A stretch of 32,000 bases of DNA from contig NC_011979.1 in assembly GCF_000022265.1 (NCBI RefSeq), forward strand, positions 1,830,001-1,862,000, given 5' to 3'. The notes under the pieces are model-generated. The model was not told the origin of the DNA and did no database searches. It was given only the letters and a program-made list of their open reading frames with translations. Both the position numbers and the translations under genes were made by a program. Numbering within the stretch: position 1 is the first letter of the stretch; every line of letters begins with the position of its first letter. Positions 24,954-32,000 of this stretch are shown here, in pieces. Source of the DNA: Geotalea daltonii FRC-32 (lineage in GTDB: Bacteria; Desulfobacterota; Desulfuromonadia; Geobacterales; Geobacteraceae).

Positions 24954-26123
24954 GTGTTCCGCGGCATTACCGGCAATGTCCTCATTCTCGGTATAGTCAG
25001 TTTCTTGACTGACGTTTCCAGCGAAATGATCTATCCGCTCTTGCCGCTGTTTCTCACCACCGTCCTCGGTGGCGGGCCTGCCTTTCTCGGTATCATCGAA
25101 GGGGTTGCGGAGTCCACGGCCTCATTCCTCAAGCTTTTTTCCGGCATCGTTTCCGACCGGGTGACAAACCGGCAGAGGCTTGTTTTCTGGGGCTACACGC
25201 TTTCCTCTGTTGCCCGCCCCCTGATGGCCGTTGCCACAGCCTCCTGGGCAGTACTGCTGATCCGCTTTTCCGATCGGATAGGAAAGGGGATCAGAACGTC
25301 GCCACGGGATGCCCTCATTGCCGATTCTGTAGATCCATCACTGCGGGGCAAGGCCTTTGGCTTTCACCGTTCCATGGACCATGCAGGTGCTGTTATCGGT
25401 CCTCTCATTGCCACCTTTCTTCTGGCCTACGTCATCAAGGACTTGCGGACCGTATTCTGGCTGGCGGCTATCCCCGGCCTGCTGGCGGTACTGATGATCA
25501 TGCTGCGGGTCAAGGATGTCCCCCGCACCAGAAAGGAGAGCGACGGCCGTTTTCTCCAGGCCGTTCCCAAAGGAAGTTTAAGAACCTATCTGCTTATCCT
25601 TTTCCTCTTTACCCTTGGCAACTCTTCCGATGCATTTCTCCTGCTCAAGGCGGGTCAGCTCGGCGTTACTCCGGCACGCATTCCGCTGCTCTGGACCTTT
25701 TTCCATGTGATCAAGATGACTTCCTCCATGCCCTTCGGCGCCCTCTCGGACCGGATTGGCCGTCGCGGCATAATCCTCAGTGGTTGGGGGATCTATGTCC
25801 TGACCTACCTGGGCTTTGCCCTGGCCGTAACTGAACTCCAGGTATGGCTTCTCTTCGCCTTCTATGGGCTCTTCTATGGTCTCACAGAAGGGGTCGAAAA
25901 AGCACTTTTGATGGATATTGCACCGACAAACGAGCGTGGGACCGCCTTTGGCTGGTACAATTTCGCCATCGGCGCCGGCGCGCTGCCCGCAAGCCTCCTC
26001 TTCGGCTTTGTCTGGCAACTGGCGGGGGCCGGGGCTGCCTTTACCTTAGGCGCCAGCCTGGCTGCCGTTGCTGCCTTGCTTATGTTTTTCTTCATAAAAA
26101 CGGCAAATCCGCCGGTGCGCTAG
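24954..26123 (+). CDS. MFS transporter (12-TM), substrate unknown
   Basis: GTG at 24954 lies 5 nt after GGAGG. VFRGITGNVLILGIVSFLTDVSSEMIYPLLPLF... and an MFS loop motif SDRIGRRG. The track's 24864 start runs through the repeat and terminator. Confidence 0.85.
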   Translation: MFRGITGNVLILGIVSFLTDVSSEMIYPLLPLFLTTVLGGGPAFLGIIEGVAESTASFLKLFSGIVSDRVTNRQRLVFWGYTLSSVARPLMAVATASWAVLLIRFSDRIGKGIRTSPRDALIADSVDPSLRGKAFGFHRSMDHAGAVIGPLIATFLLAYVIKDLRTVFWLAAIPGLLAVLMIMLRVKDVPRTRKESDGRFLQAVPKGSLRTYLLILFLFTLGNSSDAFLLLKAGQLGVTPARIPLLWTFFHVIKMTSSMPFGALSDRIGRRGIILSGWGIYVLTYLGFALAVTELQVWLLFAFYGLFYGLTEGVEKALLMDIAPTNERGTAFGWYNFAIGAGALPASLLFGFVWQLAGAGAAFTLGASLAAVAALLMFFFIKTANPPVR

Positions 26124-26460
26124 ACTGTCCCCAGGCTTCTACTCAGTTTTCGAAGTTTCTGTTCGATAATCCAGCCTCTGAATTCAATCCACCGATAGAA
26201 GAAAATCTCCCTCCCCATATTTTTCGCTCAAGTTTTCAACTCTCCCTGTCGACTAGGTAACGGTGCGGCCGATTCGGTCATAAGACTGCTAAAGCCGCCA
26301 GTATTCCGGCCATACATGTCAACTATGTGACGTCAGTATCTTGACTTGTGGCAGGGGGGGCACCGCCCTGTTATCGTCCAGTAAACCTGTTTTTTAATCT
26401 TTCACAAATTCGGCACGATAAGCCAGCAAGCTATCGGGCGGGGTGTTTGTTGCTTGGTTT

Positions 26461-26504
26461 TGGCTGATTAAATGCCGTTAACTGAAGTTGGCAGGAAATA
26501 TGCT
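26461..26504 (+). promoter_or_regulatory. Two tandem sigma54-like -24/-12 elements upstream of the porin-cytochrome genes
   Basis: TGGCTGattaaATGCC (26461-26476) and TGGCAGgaaatATGCT (26489-26504) both have exact GG-N10-GC spacing. The consensus is TGGCAC-N5-TTGCW. A sigma70-like TTGACA-17-TAAAAC also lies at 26539-26567. Confidence 0.3.
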
Positions 26505-26677
26505 GAGTTATCTGATATTTGTCCTGCGTGGGTAATTGTTGACAAGACTCCTTTTTTTCATTAAAACCAAATGCCCCTGCTGTTTAAGGCATTACATGTG
26601 GAGGAGGTGATCGGTAACCGTAAGCAGCAGCTTGTTATGTTTCAGATGTATTAACGCAAGGAAAGGAGGTTCAATTA

Positions 26678-27892
26678 ATGGGGATTAAAGGGTTATTACG
26701 AATGCTTCTGTTCTGCTCTCTGCTCAGCGCTTCAACAGGCTTGGCGGCTGAGATCCACGGCAGAAGTTCCACCCAGTTTCTCTCGTTTAGTAACGAACTG
26801 TTGGATGACAAACGCCAGATCGAGCTGAACGAGTATCTGCGATTCTCTATCACCAACATCGACAAGGCCGGCAAATTTTCCATCCACGGCTACGGCAGAG
26901 CCTCGCAGGACTTCACCAATGGAGAAGGCCTGAACGGCCGGCTTTACTACCTGTATGGTGAGTATCGCGACCTCTTTGACAAGGCAGATATCAAGATCGG
27001 CCGTCAATTTGTCAATCTGGCTGCGGGAAGCGCCATCATCGACGGCGGTCAGGTTGACGTGAAAAATGTCGGTCCTGTCGCCTTTACCATCCTTGGCGGG
27101 CGAGATGTCCAGTTCGGGATTAACGGTGAGATTGGCGACGCTACCAATACCGTTCTGGGGATGGGCGCCTACCTGACCGGCTTCAAGAACACCGATGCGG
27201 AAGTCAGCTGGTTCCGCAAGTGGGATCAGGGTGACATCGCCAGGGATATTCTCGGCCTGTCCGGCAAACAGTACCTGTTCAACAACGTCAAGGTCTATGG
27301 TAACGCCAGGTATGACCTCACTGCCGAAACCTTCAACGAGGTGCAGGGGGGCTTGAAGTTTTATCCCCTCTCAAACCTGATCTTTACCGGTGAATATTAC
27401 CAGAGCTATGCCACCTTCGACACCACTTCTTTCTACTCGGTGTTTGCCGTTGATCAGTATCAGGAAGGCCTCTTCCGGGTCGACTATACCTTCAACGACA
27501 TGGTCTCCGTCAACGGCGGCTACAATCGCCAGTTCTATGGCGAAGGCGCCCATGCCAATGTCTATCATGTGGGCCTTTCCCTGCGTCCCATCGAACCACT
27601 CCGGGTCAATGTGGAATACGACAACCGCAATGGCTACTACGGTAGTACCAACGGCGGCATAATCGATGCTTCCTACGACATCAACAAAGCTGCTCAGGTT
27701 GCAGGTGGTATTACCTATGACGTTTACCAGCGGGATTCTTTGACGGGAGACGAGATAGCCCGTCGGTACTGGCTGGGTGGAAAATACAAAATAGCAAAGA
27801 ATATGGCGGTATCCGGCCGTATTCAAGATGATGTCAATGCCCGTTACAGCACAAACGTTTCCGGACGTGTGACGTTCGATTACGATTTTTAG
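26678..27892 (+). CDS. Outer-membrane beta-barrel (porin-like) component of a porin-cytochrome conduit (OmbB-like position)
   Basis: RBS AAAGGAGG. Signal peptide ...STGLA/AE. Alternating hydrophobic/aromatic beta-strand pattern throughout. The C-terminal ...RVTFDYDF ends in Phe, as in OMP barrels. It lies immediately upstream of two multiheme cytochromes. Confidence 0.7.
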   Translation: MGIKGLLRMLLFCSLLSASTGLAAEIHGRSSTQFLSFSNELLDDKRQIELNEYLRFSITNIDKAGKFSIHGYGRASQDFTNGEGLNGRLYYLYGEYRDLFDKADIKIGRQFVNLAAGSAIIDGGQVDVKNVGPVAFTILGGRDVQFGINGEIGDATNTVLGMGAYLTGFKNTDAEVSWFRKWDQGDIARDILGLSGKQYLFNNVKVYGNARYDLTAETFNEVQGGLKFYPLSNLIFTGEYYQSYATFDTTSFYSVFAVDQYQEGLFRVDYTFNDMVSVNGGYNRQFYGEGAHANVYHVGLSLRPIEPLRVNVEYDNRNGYYGSTNGGIIDASYDINKAAQVAGGITYDVYQRDSLTGDEIARRYWLGGKYKIAKNMAVSGRIQDDVNARYSTNVSGRVTFDYDF

Positions 27893-27907
27893 AAAGGAGG
27901 TGCCACT

Positions 27908-28609
27908 GTGAAGAAATTGTTGTTTATATGTATGCTTCTGCTGATGTCTGCTCTTTATGTGCAGCAGGCGACGGCTCAGAAGCAGCCCCACAAGGAATAT
28001 GCCGAATCCAAGCTTTCCGAGTGTGCCAGCTGCCACAAGGCTGAAGGCATATCCCCCACCCATGATGGCGACTGGGTGCGCAGTCACCGGACCCTGGCAA
28101 GCAAGGCCGGCAACAATTGCGCCCAATGCCACGACCAGTCTTACTGTCTGGATTGCCATAAGGGTGGTGGAATAAACGCCGACCTGTCGGTGGACAATTT
28201 CGGCCGTGATTATGTGCCCAAAAGCCATCGCAGCGATTTTGTCAACATCCATCCAATCAAGGCACAGGATAATCCCCAGACATGCTACCGTTGCCATGAC
28301 CAGAAATTCTGCAACGCCTGTCATGACCGCTTCCCTAAAGGAAGCATGCGCATCAAGTCGCACTTGATGTCAGGCAATACCCAGTCCATAAACAGCGTTG
28401 CTTTTGGTGAGCATCCTGCCGAGGCACGTCGTAACCTGCAGTCCTGCCAAGCCTGTCATCCGGATGGCGATGTCTGTATTCAATGCCACAGTGCGAAAAC
28501 CAGTGGAACTAACCCCCATCCCCGCAACTGGAGAAGCATCAGCAATAACTACAAGGACAAAGCAGGAAGCAAAGTCTGTACTAAATGTCATCTGCCCGGA
28601 ACCTATTGA
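27908..28609 (+). CDS. Periplasmic octaheme c-type cytochrome (OmaB-like)
   Basis: GTG follows GGAGG. A signal peptide is present. Eight CXXCH motifs: CASCH, CAQCH, CLDCH, CYRCH, CNACH, CQACH, CIQCH, CTKCH. Confidence 0.9.
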   Translation: MKKLLFICMLLLMSALYVQQATAQKQPHKEYAESKLSECASCHKAEGISPTHDGDWVRSHRTLASKAGNNCAQCHDQSYCLDCHKGGGINADLSVDNFGRDYVPKSHRSDFVNIHPIKAQDNPQTCYRCHDQKFCNACHDRFPKGSMRIKSHLMSGNTQSINSVAFGEHPAEARRNLQSCQACHPDGDVCIQCHSAKTSGTNPHPRNWRSISNNYKDKAGSKVCTKCHLPGTY

Positions 28610-28637
28610 TAGTTAAATAAACCAAGGAGGATACAGC

Positions 28638-30410
28638 ATGAGTAGAAACATTTTCAGTTATTCGGCAGTAATTGCTTCACTCCTCGCGACGGCGCTGTTC
28701 GCCGGTTGTGGAACAAGCAACAAAGAGGGCAACCTCTCGGCAGCCGATGTGGCAAAAGTTGAGGAAACGGCATGTGCACAATGTCACAGCACCGCTATCG
28801 ACCATATCGCCGGTACTCCCATTTACGATGCCTACCTGCAGTCAGCCCACTTCACCAACAACTTCCGTGTTGTAGGCTGCCAGGACTGTCACGGTGGCGG
28901 CGCACAGCATAACGGCGTCGGGCCTCTCCCCTATCCCAATCCTGACGCAGCAGGCAAGTGCTTCGAATGCCACGAGAAATATCTGCCGACAAACCATTTT
29001 GCCTCTTACACGGCAGCTGCTCATCCCGGCCAGTACGTGAGCACCAACTACAAAAATTCCTGTACCAGCTGTCATGATCCCCATTTAGCCCAAAACGGCA
29101 TACTTAATGGTGAGATCAATACGGTCACCGGTCTGCCGAAGGGCACAGAGCACACGGACTGGGCCGAGTCCGGTCACGGTGAAGTTGATGGCGAAGCTTG
29201 GGCCCACTATGATTTCAAGCTTAGAGACAACTGCAACCGCTGCCACACCTCGACCGGCTACATTACCTATGTCAGCTCAAACTATGCTTATCCCGTACCT
29301 GCCTGGGGAACTGCCGGGGACAAGACCAACGAGGTCCTGACCTGTAAAGCCTGCCACACGGACTACAACTTCAAGAACCGCATCCGTCGTGCGGGGGCAT
29401 TTTCCGCACCCTTCAACGGCAATAAAAATCCCATCGCCTTTCCCGATTCCGGAACCTCCAACCTGTGTATCGCCTGCCATAGCGGGTACGAGAGCGGCGG
29501 TGCCATCGGTGGCTTTACCGGAACTCTTACCGCCCTTACGGGGGATATGGATACCAAATCAGCCGTCAACTCCCATTATCTGGCTGCAGCAGCATTGTTT
29601 TACGGCAAATCAGCCTTCCATTTCTACACATCAAATGTCAAGTATGACACTGGCTATAACACCGGCAAGAACTTCGGTACCTGGAGCCATGGCAGACTGG
29701 GCATGATCGATCCGGCGACCAACCAGCCTTATGTTGCTTCCGGTGTCTCTACCGGTGAAGATGGTCCCTGTGTAGCCTGTCACCTGGGCTCCGTCAACGG
29801 CAACACCAAAACCCATACCTTGAGCGCTTCTGAGACATGGAATGCCCAGGGCAGATGTTTCGGCTGCCATAGCAACTTTGCAGCAGAAGGTGGCGTTGAT
29901 GCCGTCATCGAAGAAGAAAAAGAGCTTTTCGACAGGGGGCTGGACTTCTATCTCTTTACCCTGGCCAACCACAATATAGGCAACAAAACCCCTATCTACT
30001 ATGACGTGACCACCTATCCGTACTTCCACAAGTCACTGCCTGCCAAAAGGGGCACAACCGACTTCAAGACCTGGACCATGGGCACGGCTGACAGCACCAT
30101 CGGTAAGCAGGTCATGGGCGTTGCATTCAACTACAACCTGATCAACAGGGAGAAAGGCGCCCACGTCCATAACCGCGCTTACACACGTCGACTGATGTTT
30201 GACGGGATCCAGTACCTGCAGAAGGGTGCAAATACTTACTCTACCTCCACAGGTTCCATTGGTGGAACCGCTGACCCCAATGCCCAGCTATCCTTCACGG
30301 GATACTCAACGGCAGTGGCTGCAGGAACTCGTCCGGCTAACCCTGTCAGCATTTCAACCCTCAAAGGCTGGCTGCTGAGATCGTCCGGTGGTCTGTACTA
30401 CAGAAGGTAA
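28638..30410 (+). CDS. Outer-membrane lipoprotein nonaheme c-type cytochrome (OmcB-like position)
   Basis: RBS AAGGAGGA. Lipobox LFAG/C. Nine CXXCH motifs: CAQCH, CQDCH, CFECH, CTSCH, CNRCH, CKACH, CIACH, CVACH, CFGCH. The C-terminal ~170 aa carries no heme motif. Confidence 0.9.
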   Translation: MSRNIFSYSAVIASLLATALFAGCGTSNKEGNLSAADVAKVEETACAQCHSTAIDHIAGTPIYDAYLQSAHFTNNFRVVGCQDCHGGGAQHNGVGPLPYPNPDAAGKCFECHEKYLPTNHFASYTAAAHPGQYVSTNYKNSCTSCHDPHLAQNGILNGEINTVTGLPKGTEHTDWAESGHGEVDGEAWAHYDFKLRDNCNRCHTSTGYITYVSSNYAYPVPAWGTAGDKTNEVLTCKACHTDYNFKNRIRRAGAFSAPFNGNKNPIAFPDSGTSNLCIACHSGYESGGAIGGFTGTLTALTGDMDTKSAVNSHYLAAAALFYGKSAFHFYTSNVKYDTGYNTGKNFGTWSHGRLGMIDPATNQPYVASGVSTGEDGPCVACHLGSVNGNTKTHTLSASETWNAQGRCFGCHSNFAAEGGVDAVIEEEKELFDRGLDFYLFTLANHNIGNKTPIYYDVTTYPYFHKSLPAKRGTTDFKTWTMGTADSTIGKQVMGVAFNYNLINREKGAHVHNRAYTRRLMFDGIQYLQKGANTYSTSTGSIGGTADPNAQLSFTGYSTAVAAGTRPANPVSISTLKGWLLRSSGGLYYRR

Positions 30411-30433
30411 TATTGTTTATCTGCTGTAACTAG

Positions 30434-30467
30434 AAACCCCGCTTCGCAAGAAGCGGGGTTTTTTTAT
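30434..30467 (+). terminator. Rho-independent terminator after the cytochrome operon
   Basis: aaaccccgcttc-gcaa-gaagcggggttt followed by a T-run; perfect GC-rich stem. Confidence 0.85.
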
Positions 30468-30532
30468 CGCTGAGGATCTTTTTCTGTGCAAATCTTTGGG
30501 CCGCGGATAAAATAGGTTCTGCGGCAGAAAAT

Positions 30533-31672
30533 ATGAGCGATACCTTCAAAAAAAATAGCGCGGTCTGTGCTGCCTTCGGGCTATCCCTGGCTCTGCATGT
30601 GGCCCTGTTTTTCCCGTTTACCGATTACGGCAGCTACAACTTTGCCAGGCCAGTGTCTTCGGCCGGAGCGGTCATGGTCGATCTGGCAATGGCCCAAGGT
30701 AAATCAGCGGCCAAGTCCCATGTGGCTAAAACATCATCGGCCGGTGCAAAAGCCTGGAAGCCTTCAGTGTCTCGTGCAGCACTCTTCCACGACACACATG
30801 CAGATCAAGAAGCGCTTTCCGGTGGACCTGCTGCCGAGCAAACCACTACCATCCCTGCAGACCAAGCAGCATCGAAAAAAGAAACAAGCACCGAGCACCT
30901 TTCCAAGCCCCTGCTGCAAGAATTGCCTCCTCCCCTGCGCACGGCCGGCGAGTTCACCACCACATCCCATGAACGGCTCAACTACCGCATCAGCCTTCTG
31001 GGAATGCCCATCGGCGTTGCCGAACTGGAGGCGAAAAACGACAAAGGGGAAATGAAAATTTCCCTGAAGGTAAAATCCACTCCTGCCATTTCCGCCGTTT
31101 ACCCGGTCGATGACCTGATCGAGACCCGCCACATCGCCGGCAACTTCATCATTACCAAGATCAAGCAGCAGGAAGGGAACTTCAGGAGCCATCGGGGCTT
31201 CACCATCTTTCTACGTGACAAGAGTGTCTTCTGGATCGACCTTTTGCGCAATCGCAGTAGCAGGGAAACCATTCCCAATTCCCAGGTGCTCGATCTCATG
31301 TCTGCCTTTTATTACCTGAGGAACCGTCCGCTGCAGATCGGCAGCACGGAAGAGCTCCATGTTTATGACAGTGATACCTATGCTTCGGTCCCGGTGGAAA
31401 TCCTCCGTCGCGAGCGGATCAGCCTGCCCGGATTCAGGCACTCGGAAACGCTGGTGGTGAAGCCCAACCTGAAGACCGACGGCATCTTCAAGAGAACCGG
31501 CGATGTGACCATCTGGCTTACTGACGACGACTACCATGTGCCAGTGCGCATGGAAACAAGCATACCCCTCGGCAAGATCACGGCAGAACTGGTTTCGTCC
31601 CAGGTGGACAAGCTGGAACCGGCTACACCCATTACTTCCGCCCCCCCGTTACCCAAAGGGGTAACGCCCTAA
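30533..31672 (+). CDS. Membrane-anchored DUF3108-like protein with a low-complexity linker
   Basis: N-terminal TM segment (AVCAAFGLSLALHVALFF) and an Ala/Ser/Lys-rich linker. The C-terminal ~230 aa (YRISLLGMPIGVAELEAKNDKGEMKISLKVKS...) resembles DUF3108. The family call was made by eye. Confidence 0.5.
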   Translation: MSDTFKKNSAVCAAFGLSLALHVALFFPFTDYGSYNFARPVSSAGAVMVDLAMAQGKSAAKSHVAKTSSAGAKAWKPSVSRAALFHDTHADQEALSGGPAAEQTTTIPADQAASKKETSTEHLSKPLLQELPPPLRTAGEFTTTSHERLNYRISLLGMPIGVAELEAKNDKGEMKISLKVKSTPAISAVYPVDDLIETRHIAGNFIITKIKQQEGNFRSHRGFTIFLRDKSVFWIDLLRNRSSRETIPNSQVLDLMSAFYYLRNRPLQIGSTEELHVYDSDTYASVPVEILRRERISLPGFRHSETLVVKPNLKTDGIFKRTGDVTIWLTDDDYHVPVRMETSIPLGKITAELVSSQVDKLEPATPITSAPPLPKGVTP

Positions 31673-31712
31673 ACAACTCAAAGCTCTCTTCTTCACCTTC
31701 AATCCCCGTTTT

Positions 31713-31797
31713 ATTCGTGTCCATTCGTGTCATTCGTGGCTACAGCATGCCTTGAAAAGCTTTTTTTTGCCACTAATTTCACGAATCTGCACGAATG
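31713..31797. repeat. Heptamer-armed hairpin element (3x ATTCGTG / CACGAAT type)
   Basis: The left arm is ATTCGTGtccATTCGTGtcATTCGTGgc (31713-31740). The right arm is gcCACTAATttCACGAATctgCACGAATg (31769-31797). The heptamers pair and the spacers mismatch. The loop contains the palindrome aaaagctttt followed by a T-run. Confidence 0.8.
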
Positions 31798-31964
31798 TTA
31801 ACATCTAAATTAAACTGATTAACACCTACCTTCCGTAACTAGGAAAATAATTTTCCCGAGTGGTGGAATAATAGAGAAAGGATGGTAAATTAGTACAAGC
31901 AAATTAAGCGTAACTAATTAAATGAGCTGTCGTTCTACCAATAATGGAAAGGAGGGTTCACTGA

Positions 31965-32000
31965 ATGGGCTACAAAAGGGTCTGGCATTGGTTGTTACTG
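31965..32000 (+). CDS. 5' end of an unidentified ORF (MGYKRVWHWLLL...), truncated by the window edge
   Basis: ATG lies 8 nt after AAAGGAGGG, and the N-terminus looks like a hydrophobic signal peptide. Only 12 codons are visible. Confidence 0.35.
   Translation, partial: MGYKRVWHWLLL

Noticed and set aside
26124-26677. A c-di-GMP or cGAMP (GEMM-I) riboswitch in the conduit leader. I looked for one because Geobacter electron-transfer genes often carry them.
   Set aside because: I could not find the conserved GEMM-I features, namely a GNRA-capped P1 helix with its receptor and an ACGCAAAGC-like junction. A covariance-model scan would be needed to exclude it formally.

Overview
The gene content and repeat style suggest a chromosomal segment from a Geobacter-like (Desulfuromonadales) genome; this taxon call is an inference. 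About 28 genes are packed mostly on the + strand. I saw no rRNA, tRNA, CRISPR array, transposase or integrase.

Order of features:
- metK 3' end.
- A possible operon of a radical-SAM-like enzyme with a non-canonical Cys triad, a PNPOx-like flavoprotein, a NitT/TauT-type ABC importer (binding protein, permease, ATPase) and a B12-binding radical SAM enzyme.
- A small secreted protein with four Cys-pair repeats.
- On the - strand, a NamZ/DUF1343 protein, a rhomboid protease and an intact but motif-degenerate PGI paralog.
- truD.
- DUF4212 small subunit, SSF symporter, DUF294 nucleotidyltransferase-like protein and a TIM-barrel isomerase.
- A secreted polysaccharide deacetylase.
- A DUF559 endonuclease cassette bracketed by 53-bp direct repeats and fused to a Cys-rich tail.
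- proC on the - strand.
- A PuuR-like HTH-cupin regulator followed by a spermidine operon (carboxyspermidine dehydrogenase, nspC, speA).
- An MFS transporter.
- A porin-cytochrome electron conduit (beta-barrel, 8-heme periplasmic cytochrome, 9-heme lipoprotein cytochrome) and a DUF3108 protein.

The most unusual signals lie between genes:
- Two 9-unit tandem arrays of GTGA-NNN heptamers start on stop codons.
- A family of hairpins has arms built from CAC(G/T)AA(G/T) heptamers with non-pairing spacers.
- G/C-run hairpin clusters and a 21-bp-stem perfect palindrome are also present.

All functional calls come from reading motifs by eye. No searches were run.
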